From: Nitrosopumilus sp.
Lineage (GTDB): Archaea; Thermoproteota; Nitrososphaeria; Nitrososphaerales; Nitrosopumilaceae
Reading direction: 5' to 3'
DNA length: 64,000 bases
Assembly (NCBI GenBank): GCA_965219345.1
Contig: OZ244732.1
Location: 320,001 to 384,000 of the forward strand
In this document: positions 28,912 through 39,862 of the stretch, piece after piece
How the letters are laid out: every line of letters begins with the position of its first letter
How positions within the stretch are numbered: the first letter of the stretch is position 1
Program-made: the position numbers and the translations under genes
The notes under the pieces: generated by a model
The model's input: only the letters and a program-made list of their open reading frames with translations
The model's database searches: none
Told to the model about the DNA's origin: nothing

Positions 28912-29754
28912 ATGAAAAAGACAGTAATTGGAATTACAGTAGTTGGGAAAGACAGAGAAGGAATTGTAGCTGCATTTACAAATTTTGCATTTTCAAAAAG
29001 TGGAAACATTGAGAAAGTAAACCAAAATGTAATCAAAGGTCTTTTTGGAATGTATCTGGAAGTATCCTTTTTAAAAACAGTTAACGTAAAGAGATTTGAT
29101 GCTGAGATACAAAGTTTAGCTAAAAAAGAAAAGATGGATGTAAGTACACATCATGAAACAAATTCACAGAAAAATATTGCAGTATTTGTAACTAAAGAGA
29201 CACCTTGCCTTAAAACAATTCTTGGTAATGCAAAATCACTCAAAGGAAAAATTTCAGTAATAGTTGGTACAGAAAAGACACTTGCGCCATTAGCAAAGAA
29301 GGCAAAGATTCCATTTATGGTAATACAAGAGAGGGATCAACAAAAGGCAGAAGAAAAAATTATTGAAATTTGCAAAAAATATGAGATCGATTTGATTTCA
29401 CTTGCAAGATACATGAGAATTCTTAGCCCTAACTTTGTTTGGAGATATCCAAACAGAATAATCAATATTCATCCAGCATTATTACCTGCATTCCGAGGAG
29501 CACTGGCATATGAACAAGCTTACGAAAGAGGTACAAAAATTGTTGGGGTAACTGCTCATTATGTCACAGAAAACTTAGACCAAGGACCAATTATATTCCA
29601 AGATTCGTTCAAAGTGGATCCAAATGATTCGTTAGAAAAAATCAAGGCAAAAGGACAAAGATTAGAAGCAGATACATTGCTTAAGGCAATGAAGATGCAT
29701 CTGGAAAACAAACTAGAAGTTCGTTGGAGAAAGGTTCACATCAAATCTAAGTGA
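28912..29754 (+). CDS. purU: Formyltetrahydrofolate deformylase
   Basis: ACT domain; LARYMRIL, INIHPALLPAF, LDQGPII. Confidence 0.93.
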   Translation: MKKTVIGITVVGKDREGIVAAFTNFAFSKSGNIEKVNQNVIKGLFGMYLEVSFLKTVNVKRFDAEIQSLAKKEKMDVSTHHETNSQKNIAVFVTKETPCLKTILGNAKSLKGKISVIVGTEKTLAPLAKKAKIPFMVIQERDQQKAEEKIIEICKKYEIDLISLARYMRILSPNFVWRYPNRIINIHPALLPAFRGALAYEQAYERGTKIVGVTAHYVTENLDQGPIIFQDSFKVDPNDSLEKIKAKGQRLEADTLLKAMKMHLENKLEVRWRKVHIKSK

Positions 29755-29759
29755 ATTAA

Positions 29760-30482
29760 ATGGTAGATATTCAAGCCCAATTTGATCCTAATCTTAGAAA
29801 ATCAATTAAAAAGAAAAAACAAGTGGCAGTAATTCCAATTGGTTCAATAGAACAACATGGTCCACATTTGCCCATATCAACTGATTCAGATATTATAACT
29901 GAAGTAGCAAAAAGACTATCTGAGACGAATGGATTTCTTCTCCTTCCTACACTTACCTATGGAGTTTCGTTTGAGCACGCACCATTTTTTAATTTGAGTA
30001 TCAAAGAATCAACCTTACGTGCTATTCTAACTGATTTGTGCTCGTCACTTTTAGCAAATAACATCAAAACAGTTTTCATAATTAATGGACATCATGGAAA
30101 TCTAAAATCAATCAAAAATATCGATCTGAAACTCCAAAAACTCTCAAAAAACAAGCTCAAAGTGTTTCCATTATCATATTGGCATTTTATGAACAGAGAA
30201 TTTGATCATGCAGGATTTGTAGAGACATCACTAATGTTGGCAATTTCAAAAAATGTCAAAATGAAATCAGCAAAAAAAGGATTAATCACTGATGGAATGA
30301 CAAAACAAGAAATCAAAACACTTGGAAAACTAGCTAATCAATCATTTCCTAAAGCTACCAAAAACGGAATTTGGGGAGATCCTACAAAGGCTACAAAAAA
30401 GGATGGGCAGGTAATTTTAGCTGAAATCCTTAAAAATCTGGGAAGAAAGTGTCAAACTTGCCTTACTGAGCGAAGCTCATAG
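29760..30482 (+). CDS. Creatininase family protein
   Basis: PIGSIEQHGPHLP..TD..NGHHGN..DHAG..ETS. Confidence 0.92.
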   Translation: MVDIQAQFDPNLRKSIKKKKQVAVIPIGSIEQHGPHLPISTDSDIITEVAKRLSETNGFLLLPTLTYGVSFEHAPFFNLSIKESTLRAILTDLCSSLLANNIKTVFIINGHHGNLKSIKNIDLKLQKLSKNKLKVFPLSYWHFMNREFDHAGFVETSLMLAISKNVKMKSAKKGLITDGMTKQEIKTLGKLANQSFPKATKNGIWGDPTKATKKDGQVILAEILKNLGRKCQTCLTERSS

Positions 30483-30539
30483 TTTCACCAATGAATGTTT
30501 AATATAATCCCTCAATATCAAAGCCAATAAGTGAAATAG

Positions 30540-30776
30540 ATGTCCGTTGATATGGCAGTAAAAGTATTGGATGAGAGTATCAATCAAGTTGTACTGATAA
30601 AACTCAAAGGAAGTAAGACAATTAGAGGTAATCTGCTTGGTTTTGACCAACACATGAACCTGCTACTCGACTCTTCAGAGGAGATCCCTGCTGAAGGCGA
30701 TTCTAAAGGCCTTGGTACCATTGTAGTAAGAGGAGACAATGTAGTTATGATATCTCCCCCACCGCCAGAGAAATAG
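30540..30776 (+). CDS. Sm-like (Lsm/SmAP) protein
   Basis: [17 protein letters not shown]. Confidence 0.95.
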   Translation: MSVDMAVKVLDESINQVVLIKLKGSKTIRGNLLGFDQHMNLLLDSSEEIPAEGDSKGLGTIVVRGDNVVMISPPPPEK

Positions 30777-30786
30777 GTGATTTGAG

Positions 30787-30954
30787 ATGGTTAAAGGTAC
30801 AACTTCGATGGGTGGTTTTACAAAGAAAAAAGTTCACATCAGATGCAGAAGATGTGGTAAAAACTCGCTTCATAAACGTCACCACCAATGTGCAAGTTGT
30901 GGATTCCCAGAGGCTAAACGCAGAAAGTATTCCTGGATTAAATGGTATACATAG
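30787..30954 (+). CDS. rpl37e: 50S ribosomal protein L37e
   Basis: [24 protein letters not shown]; read manually, different frame from ORF 30782-30988. Confidence 0.95.
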
Positions 30955-31914
30955 ATGCAAGAAATTGTCCTTATTCTTAGTTCATTAGCTGGAGTAGCTA
31001 CAGCCGTTGCTGCACGAAAAATGCCAAGAGGTAAAAATCAATTACTCAGCCTTGGAGCTAGTTCACATATTAGAAGCCAAATTAATTCCCTAAAAATTGA
31101 AAAAGACATTCTAACTAAAACAATTACAAGACTGTACCAAGCAGACTCTGAATTTTCTAAAATTCAAAAGGATAAACTGTTACTAAGATATCAACATCAA
31201 CTAGGAATTGTTTTAGCTAAACTAGAAAAACTTGAGCAAGCAAGTGAACATCCAGATTTGGGTCCAGTAGGTGATGGTTTGATTACCTTGATGGATCAAA
31301 AATTATCAAAACTAGATGATAGATTATATGAGATATCATCAAAGATGGCAAATACAAAAACTGAAACATCAAAGACAAAAGAATCAGGAGTAAAAAATCA
31401 AGAATCAAAACCATTCAACTTTGAAAAACCAAAAGAAACAAAGATGGAATCAATTTCAATTCCTCCAACAAAATCAGGACAGTCATTTGAATTAACTACT
31501 TTGACAAATATTTCTAAAAAGGAATCAAAATTCCCATTATTGATTGATGTAGAATCAAAACAAGAGATTGTAAATCCAATGCCACAACCAAAGGTAATTC
31601 AGTCTGAAATAACTAAACCAAAAGAAGAGATTGTACAAAAAATTATTCAACCAAAAACAAAAGTTGAAGGTAAAATTGAGACTATTCAGTCATTTACACC
31701 AAAACCAGAACCAGTATTAGAAACCAAGCCTGACATTGACAAAGAAGTTGCAAAGATTACAGAACACAAAGCACTTCCAGAACCAGAATTAGAACAAAAA
31801 TCAGGACCAATAGCATTAGATGATGACTTTGATGATGATGCAGATGATTTAGATAAAATTAAAGAAAACATTATGAAAGTTATGTCAAAGCTTGATCAGG
31901 CAGAGGTGGAATAA
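30955..31914 (+). CDS. Membrane-anchored coiled-coil hypothetical protein
   Basis: 319-aa ORF in operon, N-terminal hydrophobic segment. Confidence 0.85.
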   Translation: MQEIVLILSSLAGVATAVAARKMPRGKNQLLSLGASSHIRSQINSLKIEKDILTKTITRLYQADSEFSKIQKDKLLLRYQHQLGIVLAKLEKLEQASEHPDLGPVGDGLITLMDQKLSKLDDRLYEISSKMANTKTETSKTKESGVKNQESKPFNFEKPKETKMESISIPPTKSGQSFELTTLTNISKKESKFPLLIDVESKQEIVNPMPQPKVIQSEITKPKEEIVQKIIQPKTKVEGKIETIQSFTPKPEPVLETKPDIDKEVAKITEHKALPEPELEQKSGPIALDDDFDDDADDLDKIKENIMKVMSKLDQAEVE

Positions 31915-32589
31915 TTGTCCTATGATAGTGCCATTTCGGCATTATCAAATAATGCACTAAAACTTGTTAAGGATGATTACGTTGTTGGGTTGGGCAGTGG
32001 TAGAGCGGCTACTGTACTTGTAAAGTCACTTGCAAAATTAATCAAACTAAAAAACTACAACATTAAAGGAATCCCAACTTCGCTACAAATCAAATTGATT
32101 GCAGAAAAAGGAGGAATACCTCTAGTAGAAACTGATCAAGTAGATCACATAGATGTTGTATTTGATGGTGCAGATCAAATTAATTCTCAAAAATTTGTAA
32201 TCAAAGGTGGAGGGGGTGCTTTACTACGAGAAAATATTTTGTTTAGTCTTGCAAAAAAAGTGGTAGTTATCGCAGACAAGACAAAGTTTGTAAAAAATTT
32301 CACAAGGACTGTTCCAGTAGAAGTTCATCCACTTGCTAGAAATTCAGTAACAAAATCTATCAAAAAACTAGGAGGAAAAGCACAACTACGTTCACTAGAT
32401 AGAGGCTATCCATTTTTTACAGAAAATGGCAACATAATTTTAGACTGTGATTTTGGAACAATAAAGAATCCAAAAGTACTTACTCAAAAAATCAAACAAA
32501 CAACAGGAGTTCTAGAATCCGGAATTTTTCTTAGAAAGCCAGATGTAATTTACAGAGCCAAAACAGGTGGCAATTTTGATATTCTATAA
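31915..32589 (+). CDS. rpiA: Ribose-5-phosphate isomerase A
   Basis: GLGSG, DGADQI, KGGGGALLRE. Confidence 0.96.
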   Translation: MSYDSAISALSNNALKLVKDDYVVGLGSGRAATVLVKSLAKLIKLKNYNIKGIPTSLQIKLIAEKGGIPLVETDQVDHIDVVFDGADQINSQKFVIKGGGGALLRENILFSLAKKVVVIADKTKFVKNFTRTVPVEVHPLARNSVTKSIKKLGGKAQLRSLDRGYPFFTENGNIILDCDFGTIKNPKVLTQKIKQTTGVLESGIFLRKPDVIYRAKTGGNFDIL

Positions 32590-32604
32590 AATTTTTCATA
32601 AAAT

Positions 32605-33270
32605 CTATTTTTTGCCAAATTTTCCAAGAAGTGGAACAAAAACATAGTTTGATTGGTTTTTAATTTCAATAATTCCTTTAGAGGTCTTTTTTAACAAAAT
32701 TAGAGACTGAGATAAGTCGCCTACAGGAGCGATTATGAGTCCATTTTCACCCAATTGTTCAAGCAATGGCAAAGGAATTTCTGTGCATGCTGCAGTAACA
32801 ATGATTCTATCATATGGAGATGCATTTGGATAACCTAGACTACCATCATCTAAAATCACATGAACATTGTCTATTCCTAATTTCTCCAAATTTTCTTGTG
32901 CAAAGTCTGCAAGTTCTGGATGTCTTTCAACAGAATAAACAGTTCCTGTTCCTACCAGGTAAGAAAGAATTGCAGATTGCCAACCAGAACCAGTACCAAT
33001 TTCAAGAATTTTTTGCCCATCTTTGATATCTAGCCATTCAGTCATTCTTGATACAACTCCTGGTTGAGAGATAGTCTGATCTTTCATAATTGGAATAGGT
33101 TCATTGCAATATGCTCCATCTAATTCGGATGTTGGAACAAACTCATGTCTAGGAATATTTCTGAATGCAGATTCAACTTTACCATCAGTGAGAAATCCTG
33201 AATCTTTTAGAGAATAGATCAAATCATTTAATGCAATATCATATTTTTTTTCAATACTAATTCTGTTCAA
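32605..33270 (-). CDS. pcm: Protein-L-isoaspartate O-methyltransferase
   Basis: QTISQP, LEIGTGSGWQ, PYDRIIVTAA. Confidence 0.95.
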   Translation of the reverse strand: MNRISIEKKYDIALNDLIYSLKDSGFLTDGKVESAFRNIPRHEFVPTSELDGAYCNEPIPIMKDQTISQPGVVSRMTEWLDIKDGQKILEIGTGSGWQSAILSYLVGTGTVYSVERHPELADFAQENLEKLGIDNVHVILDDGSLGYPNASPYDRIIVTAACTEIPLPLLEQLGENGLIIAPVGDLSQSLILLKKTSKGIIEIKNQSNYVFVPLLGKFGKK

Positions 33271-33322
33271 CTAATATAGATAATACTTTTAATGATTTAA
33301 ATCCAATTCGTTATTTTAAGAA

Positions 33323-34714
33323 TTAGTTAATTTTTCGTTCAACTAGTTTTCCATGACCAAGTTTTCCAATCACTTCAAAGTCATCAGCAACTATTTCTCC
33401 TCTAACAATTGTTTTAACAGGCCATCCTTTTAGATTTCTTCCTTCATACACGATATAATCAGAAAAACCTCCAAACAAATCAGATGTTACTTTTTTTTCT
33501 TTTTTCAAATCTATCATAGTTATATCTGCATCAGAGTTCTTTTCCAATGTTCCTTTTTGCGGATACATTCCAAAAATTTTAGCAGCATTTTGACTTGTAA
33601 ATTGAACAAACTGTTCAAGTGTGATTCTGTTCTGATTTACACCATCATTTAGTAATATTGGAATTACGGTTCCGATTCCTGGAAATCCAGCCAATGCCCC
33701 CCAAACATCATCTCCAGCTAGTTTTAGTTTAAGTTGATTCGCAACATGATCTGTACCAATAGTATCAATTCGATTCTCAGAAAGAGCATTCCAGACTGCC
33801 TTGTTGTCATTTTCTGTTCTTATTGGAGGCATAACTTTGGCAAGATATCCTTCTTGTTTGTCAAAAGATAATGAAAGATAGTGGGGACATGTCTCAACAA
33901 AAATTTTTGTTCCGAGTTTTTTCTCTTCTTCAATTTGTGCTAGTGCCAGCTCTGAGCCAATGTGAGCAAAGTAGATTACACAGTCATAATCTCTTCCATA
34001 CTTTGAAATAGTCTTGATTGCCTTTGCCTCAAATTCAGGGGAACGACTGTTAGACCAGGCAGATAATCCATCTTGATTTTTTTCTTTTGCAGTTTTAATT
34101 CCACATCCACATGATTCATAGTCTTCCGCATGAACAAGTACCGGACAGCCAAGCGGAGCTGCAGTCTTTACAGTCTGTTCAACTATTTCATCAGTTACAT
34201 TTACTTGGGATTCAACAAGTTTGGAGGAATTTGGTGGCATGTCCATGTATACATGACCAACTTCACCACCTAGATTCATGTAAATTTTGAAAGATGTGAT
34301 TCCTTTTTCAACACAAAAATTCATCTCGTTGATTTGTTGCGGAGTGAAAACAGATGCATGAATTGCATAGTCAATATAATGACTTTGGGATGATGCATCA
34401 AGCTGAGCTTGTAATAAGCTAGAAAATGGACCTTCCAATCGAAGCATTCGCATCATAGTAGTTATTCCACCAATTGCTGCGGCATGGGATTCAGTTTTTG
34501 CTGCTTTGTTTATCGGGGAATATACACCATAGTGAACATGAGTGTCTATTGGACCTGGAACAGAGATCAATCCATTGCCATTGATTTTGTTATCACACGC
34601 TGGAGTATCATTTGTAAACCCAACAATTTTTCCCTCATCAATTAGAATATTTTTGTCTAACATTCCCTGAGGAAGTATAATGTGCGAATCTGTAATCACA
34701 GTATCATACGTCAT
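33323..34714 (-). CDS. Cyclic amidohydrolase (dihydroorotase/hydantoinase family)
   Basis: DTHVH, HAED, ETCPHYL, GTDH. Confidence 0.9.
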   Translation of the reverse strand: MTYDTVITDSHIILPQGMLDKNILIDEGKIVGFTNDTPACDNKINGNGLISVPGPIDTHVHYGVYSPINKAAKTESHAAAIGGITTMMRMLRLEGPFSSLLQAQLDASSQSHYIDYAIHASVFTPQQINEMNFCVEKGITSFKIYMNLGGEVGHVYMDMPPNSSKLVESQVNVTDEIVEQTVKTAAPLGCPVLVHAEDYESCGCGIKTAKEKNQDGLSAWSNSRSPEFEAKAIKTISKYGRDYDCVIYFAHIGSELALAQIEEEKKLGTKIFVETCPHYLSLSFDKQEGYLAKVMPPIRTENDNKAVWNALSENRIDTIGTDHVANQLKLKLAGDDVWGALAGFPGIGTVIPILLNDGVNQNRITLEQFVQFTSQNAAKIFGMYPQKGTLEKNSDADITMIDLKKEKKVTSDLFGGFSDYIVYEGRNLKGWPVKTIVRGEIVADDFEVIGKLGHGKLVERKIN

Positions 34715-35020
34715 CTGAAAATTTTATACTTGGCAGTCTATTATGCGTTGAGATGATTTATTCTTGCATTTCCATTTTAATTATTCGTTCATCAGAGTCT
34801 TCTTCATCTGTTGTTCTTCTACATGGCTTAATGGGAACAAAGAGTATTGCCTTGTGGCTTATCATACTAGTAGAACGTATGTGCATAACATAAAGACTGA
34901 GGAATTTTTTCTATATTCTTTGACCCAAAGTGGCATTTCCATGTTTTATGAACAAAAACATCTTTGTTATTGTGTTTATCAAGAAAATGAATAAAAAGAC
35001 AACTAAAAGAATGGATTCAA

Positions 35021-35092
35021 GGGCCGGTGGTTTAGGGGTATAATGCCTCGTTCGCAACGAGGATGTCGAGGGTTCGATTCCCTCCCGGTCCA
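35021..35092 (+). tRNA. tRNA-Ala(CGC)
   Basis: Cloverleaf, G3:U70, anticodon arm CCTCG-TTCGCAA-CGAGG. Confidence 0.96.
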
Positions 35093-35135
35093 CTTTTCCA
35101 GAAACCATTATACATAAACAAAAAATACTTAGGCC

Positions 35136-35495
35136 ATGGAAGTTTTTGACGGTAAAAAAGCTGCACAAGACTACATGTCAACACATACTCTGGCATTCTC
35201 AACTCCGGAATTAACTCTAATGAGATTTGCGTTTTGGTTAGGGGATTCAGTTCCAGATCCAAAAAACGAAGGAAAAGGATTTCCAAGAATGATGACCTTT
35301 TTGACAGAGCAAGATTATGAACCTGTCTTAATCGATGATGATAAATACGAACCATCTGGCGCAGTTAGTAGTTCCGCATTTGTTGGAAACGCCTACAAGG
35401 AAGAAAAGAATGACGGAAAGTTTTGTTCTGAATGTGGTGCAACTCTTTCAACAACAGCAAAGTTTTGTCCTGAATGTGGTACAACACAAGAATGA
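35136..35495 (+). CDS. Zinc-ribbon domain protein
   Basis: C-terminal CSECG..FCPECG. Confidence 0.85.
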   Translation: MEVFDGKKAAQDYMSTHTLAFSTPELTLMRFAFWLGDSVPDPKNEGKGFPRMMTFLTEQDYEPVLIDDDKYEPSGAVSSSAFVGNAYKEEKNDGKFCSECGATLSTTAKFCPECGTTQE

Positions 35496-35520
35496 GAAAA
35501 TAATTTTTTAATTTCTAATT

Positions 35521-36063
35521 TTATGCTTTAGCTCCACACTTTGTGCAGAACTTTGCATTTGATCTTAGTTCAGCGCCACATGAAGAACATTCATTTCCAC
35601 TGGGTGATGTAACAGTTGTTCTTGGCATCAAACGTGGATCTGGTGACGGTAAAGTTCCAACATCCCCAAATGATTCTTGTGCAGAGACAATTCCTGGCGG
35701 GCCACCAACTGGATTTTCTGCAGTTCCGGCTCTTGGTGGCACTCCCATTCCACCTGCCATCATTCCAGGATTTCCCATTCCTGGCATCAAACCGGGAGAC
35801 TGTGTGTTTCCAGGACCTGAACCTATTGCTTTTTTCATTTCAAATATTACTTTGATAGCTAGAAATTCTAATGCAGAATATGCTACTACATAATCACCTA
35901 GTTTTTGGAAGAATTCTTTGTCGCTGAGTTGACCTTTCTTGTACATGTTGTTAGTATCTAGAAATGTTTCATAGTATCCTTGAGATTCATCAAACAAACT
36001 TTCCAGTTTATCAGATAGCATGTTTAGCGTATCTACTTCACCAAATGACATAAACTCACTCAA
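35521..36063 (-). CDS. Zinc-ribbon domain protein
   Basis: Gly/Pro/Met linker, C-terminal CSSCG..FCTKCG. Confidence 0.85.
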   Translation of the reverse strand: MSEFMSFGEVDTLNMLSDKLESLFDESQGYYETFLDTNNMYKKGQLSDKEFFQKLGDYVVAYSALEFLAIKVIFEMKKAIGSGPGNTQSPGLMPGMGNPGMMAGGMGVPPRAGTAENPVGGPPGIVSAQESFGDVGTLPSPDPRLMPRTTVTSPSGNECSSCGAELRSNAKFCTKCGAKA

Positions 36064-36118
36064 TTTTAGGAATATTAATTACTTTAGGAACAAAAAAGAG
36101 GAAAAACGAGTTCGGGAC

Positions 36119-36445
36119 TTATGCTAGTGCTCTATCAATCATACTTTTGTATGATTCTTTAGAAGCAGCGCCTACCTGCTGGCTAACTATTTCACCTTTG
36201 TTAAGGATAATTAAGGTTGGAATACTAAAGACATTGTATTTTGATGCCAATTCATTAGCCTCATCAACATTGACCTTAACAAATTTTACTTTACCTTCAT
36301 AGTCATTTGCCAATTCTTCTACTACAGGACTTACCATTCTACATGGACCACACCATTCGGCCCAAAAGTCTACGAATACAGGAATATCAGAGTTTACCAC
36401 ATCGACTTCCCAAGACTTTGCATCTGATACTTGTGTAATTGCCAT
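36119..36445 (-). CDS. trxA: Thioredoxin
   Basis: WCGPC. Confidence 0.95.
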   Translation of the reverse strand: MAITQVSDAKSWEVDVVNSDIPVFVDFWAEWCGPCRMVSPVVEELANDYEGKVKFVKVNVDEANELASKYNVFSIPTLIILNKGEIVSQQVGAASKESYKSMIDRALA

Positions 36446-36560
36446 TGTACTATTGTTTTATTGTTCATACCTAAAAATGTTCACCAGAATTAACACCATA
36501 TTTTTTGTTGGAAAATTAATTTTGATACATACTTAAATGACGTTTTGATAAATCTCATAC

Positions 36561-37283
36561 ATGAGTTCAGAACTTAGACTGAAAAAATTAAGAGGTTCCG
36601 GAGGCTATGTTATGGCCAAAGTTACTGATGAACAACAGGTGAAAGGAAATCTTGGCGGTCCTGATCTGTTTTTAGCTCCAATTGGTAGATTAGACTCAGA
36701 AACAATAACTAAACATTTTTGCAATACTTGTGAAAAAGAGTTTGAGGGTCCTCCAAAGATAGAATTTGAGAATCCCAATGAACAAGTTGCAGAAAATCTA
36801 ATTCTTGCAGAAAAAGGACAATACATCTGTAATTCATGTAATTCTGCAATTGCAGAATATAGAGATTTCAAGAAACAAGATGAGACAGAGGAAATTGGAA
36901 ACGCAAAACCAATGGAAGAAGTTCAAAGTGCACCGCAGAAAGTTGAAGAGTCATCAACACAAACTCCACAGGAAGCAGTTACAGAGCCAGGTCCAGCAAC
37001 TTCAGTCAGTTCAATTGAAGGTAGAACAGTATATGATGAAAATGCCAACAAGATTGGAATTGCAAAACAAGTAGGTATTGATTCTACGCAGTCAATGGTT
37101 CTAGTATTAACTAAAAATGATGGCACTGAAGGCAGTATTACATGGAAGAGTATCAAAAAGATTGGCGAAGTAATTCTTCTAGGAAATCCAGAAGCTGTTT
37201 CTCAACCAGGAAAGTGCTCTAATTGTGGATTTGGGAATAAAGAAGGATCCAAATTCTGTGAAGAGTGTGGAACCAAGCTCTAA
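36561..37283 (+). CDS. Zinc-ribbon/PRC-barrel-like protein
   Basis: Several CxxC pairs; GRTVYDENANKIG PRC-like segment. Confidence 0.85.
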   Translation: MSSELRLKKLRGSGGYVMAKVTDEQQVKGNLGGPDLFLAPIGRLDSETITKHFCNTCEKEFEGPPKIEFENPNEQVAENLILAEKGQYICNSCNSAIAEYRDFKKQDETEEIGNAKPMEEVQSAPQKVEESSTQTPQEAVTEPGPATSVSSIEGRTVYDENANKIGIAKQVGIDSTQSMVLVLTKNDGTEGSITWKSIKKIGEVILLGNPEAVSQPGKCSNCGFGNKEGSKFCEECGTKL

Positions 37284-37324
37284 TAGCTAACAAATTTAAT
37301 CAATGAATATAGGCGATGATATAA

Positions 37325-38038
37325 TTGGCAAAAAGATCTATCTCAAAAGGAGTTATCAAAGATATTGTTATCGTTGGGGTAGGTGTTTTAGTAATTTGGT
37401 TAGGATTAACATTAGCATTTGGAACACAAAATCCATTTTATGTAGTTGCAAGTGGAAGTATGATTCCAGAATTAGAAGTATATGATGTTTTGATAGTTCA
37501 AGGACATGAGCCTTTTGAAGAAATTGAGATAGGTGATGTCATTGTATTTAATCGACCTTCAGATCATAACAGGGTAATTGTACATCGAGTAGTTTCAATA
37601 ATTGATGATGAACCTAAAACACTTAGAACGCAAGGAGATGCAAATCCAGCATCAATTCCTGGAACTGACTTTCCAATTACTAAAGAAGAGTACATAGGAA
37701 AAGTAGTACACACACTTCCACAAGTAGGATATGTCACACAGTTAGTAAAACCACCAATAAACTATGTCATAATTGTAGTTGTCATAGGGATAATGGTTGT
37801 AAAACAGATAACAAAGAAGAAAAAGGAGAAAGAGTCTACACTTTCAAATCTATTTGATTCAGAACCAGTAGATTCAGAAAATAAAGACACAGTTGGAGAG
37901 TTATCAGATATTAGTAAGATAGAAAAAGATTCTGAATATTCTGAGCATATAGAAAAAGCAGAGATTGTAGAAGACGAATTAGACATAGAAGAACCTGAAG
38001 AAGAAACTAAAACAGACGATAAAAGTAAAGAAGAATAA
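37325..38038 (+). CDS. Signal peptidase I (S26, SEC11 type)
   Basis: VASGSMIP..GDVIVF..IVHRV..TQGDAN. Confidence 0.95.
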   Translation: MAKRSISKGVIKDIVIVGVGVLVIWLGLTLAFGTQNPFYVVASGSMIPELEVYDVLIVQGHEPFEEIEIGDVIVFNRPSDHNRVIVHRVVSIIDDEPKTLRTQGDANPASIPGTDFPITKEEYIGKVVHTLPQVGYVTQLVKPPINYVIIVVVIGIMVVKQITKKKKEKESTLSNLFDSEPVDSENKDTVGELSDISKIEKDSEYSEHIEKAEIVEDELDIEEPEEETKTDDKSKEE

Positions 38039-38262
38039 AATAAATCCGCCAAGATTCATGCAAACAGGTTCACATTATGCCAAGAAAAGAGCAATAGATC
38101 GTCCTGTTTGCTTGGTGATATTATTGCGTAAAATTAACTAAAAAAGGATCCTCAGAAATCATCAGTTCCAAGAGTAGAATCATTTATCAGCTGGCACAAA
38201 AAAAATTTCGAATTTAAATTTTATAATCAGATCGTATGAAGACTAAAAAATTATTTCAGAGT

Positions 38263-39789
38263 CTATAGAATAGAATCTTTTGTTTGGAATATTCGTTTAA
38301 AGTAATCAGAAGGTTCCGATGGTTCTTCAATGTCGTTGGTGATGCCAGCTAGCTTCTTTGCAAGATTCTTTTTGTAACCAATCTGCATCTGTCTTTGAAT
38401 TTGGATTCTTTGTGCTTGTGGAGAACCTGCACCATGCATAGATTCTGTAAGATACCCCACAGAATTTCTTCCAAGAGTCATGTTTTCAATTAGTCTAAGA
38501 ATTCTCATTCTGTTTTCAACGTCAACACCTTTTCTTCCTACAAGGAATCTTTTGAGTAATGGTCCAGCTACTGGATGTCTAAAGTCCTTTTCAGATGGAA
38601 GGGTTACTACCAGTCCACCTGCAATATCTTGTGCAAGCCTACTAATCTCATATGGGAATCGAGTAACGTTGTGTTTGCAAACTTGTGCGAGCATATCTTC
38701 ATTTAGATATACACCTGACTTCATCTTATGTCCTAGGTGGGAAGATGCGATTCCTGCAGCAAAGATTGTTTCATTAAGATGTGTCATCTCAACAATTTTG
38801 TCTTTGATATGAGATACCTTTGGTACTCCATTATAGTCAGCAATTGTAGCTGCTGCACCAATGAGTACATCACCAAGTCCTGTTTTGCACACATAACTAC
38901 GTCTATGATAACAAGTAAAACGCTCTATCAGCATAGATGCAAATTCATGTTCCCCATGCATGAAAACTTTGTCCCATGGAATAAACACTCTATCTAAAAT
39001 CATCAAGGCTTCTTGTCCACCATATTTTGCGTTACCATCATCAATGTCACCTTCTTCCATGCTTCTAGTGTCACAAGACTGTCTACCATAGATGTAAGTG
39101 ACTCCTTTTGCATCTGCTGGTATTGCACCGACAATTGCCCAGTCTTTGTCATTTTCTGTTAGTCTAACAGTTGGCATCAAAATTATCCAATGTGAGTTAA
39201 TACAACCAGTTTGGTGTGCTTTTGCACCAGATACATAGATTCCTTTATCATCAGTCTCTACTACTCTAGTAAACATTTCTGGATCATCTTGTTCTGCTGG
39301 TCCTTTACTTCTATCACCCTTAGGATCAGTCATTGCACCGCCAATTACAAGATTTTCTTGTTGAACCATCTTTACAAAATCTAATAATCTTTGATGATAG
39401 TTTGTTCCATGTTTCTCATCTATTTCAAAAGTAACAGAGTGTAAAGAATTCAATGCATCCATTCCAACACATCTCTGGAAACATGTTCCAGTGTTTTGTC
39501 CCAATGTTCTTTGCATCTTATTTTGTAAAACTAAATCTTGTGCACTTTCTGCAATGTGTAAAAATCTGTTAACTCTCAATCCAGTAATTGATGAATCAGC
39601 TGAAGCTAGAGCTTCGTCACGCATTGCAAGATCATAAGTTTCTGCAACTGCGTTAATTGATGGTCTAATCATTGGATGATCTACTGGTTCTTTCACTAGT
39701 TCTCCAAATAGGTAAACTACGAGATCACGACCTCTAAGACTTTGGATATAATCATCGCCACTTCTAATTGTCTTTAAGACATTAGCCAT
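38263..39789 (-). CDS. 4-hydroxybutyryl-CoA dehydratase (HP/HB cycle)
   Basis: CFQRCVGMD, AMTDPKGDRS, YHRRSYVC, HGAGSPQAQ. Confidence 0.96.
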   Translation of the reverse strand: MANVLKTIRSGDDYIQSLRGRDLVVYLFGELVKEPVDHPMIRPSINAVAETYDLAMRDEALASADSSITGLRVNRFLHIAESAQDLVLQNKMQRTLGQNTGTCFQRCVGMDALNSLHSVTFEIDEKHGTNYHQRLLDFVKMVQQENLVIGGAMTDPKGDRSKGPAEQDDPEMFTRVVETDDKGIYVSGAKAHQTGCINSHWIILMPTVRLTENDKDWAIVGAIPADAKGVTYIYGRQSCDTRSMEEGDIDDGNAKYGGQEALMILDRVFIPWDKVFMHGEHEFASMLIERFTCYHRRSYVCKTGLGDVLIGAAATIADYNGVPKVSHIKDKIVEMTHLNETIFAAGIASSHLGHKMKSGVYLNEDMLAQVCKHNVTRFPYEISRLAQDIAGGLVVTLPSEKDFRHPVAGPLLKRFLVGRKGVDVENRMRILRLIENMTLGRNSVGYLTESMHGAGSPQAQRIQIQRQMQIGYKKNLAKKLAGITNDIEEPSEPSDYFKRIFQTKDSIL

Positions 39790-39862
39790 GTAACAATATA
39801 GTCATTTATGATGTATAAATATTCTAGATTGGCCATAGTAAAAATTTAGGAACAAATTATTT

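Noticed and set aside
28661-29036. ORF extensions across tRNA-Leu (likewise 34911-35355 across tRNA-Ala)
   Set aside because: Translations of tRNA antisense sequence.
30782-30988. 68-aa ORF in track
   Set aside because: Wrong frame; the real gene is rpl37e at 30787-30954.
38050-38115. Hairpin GCAAACAGG/CCTGTTTGC as ncRNA
   Set aside because: Single 9-bp stem between convergent genes; insufficient evidence beyond a terminator or remnant.
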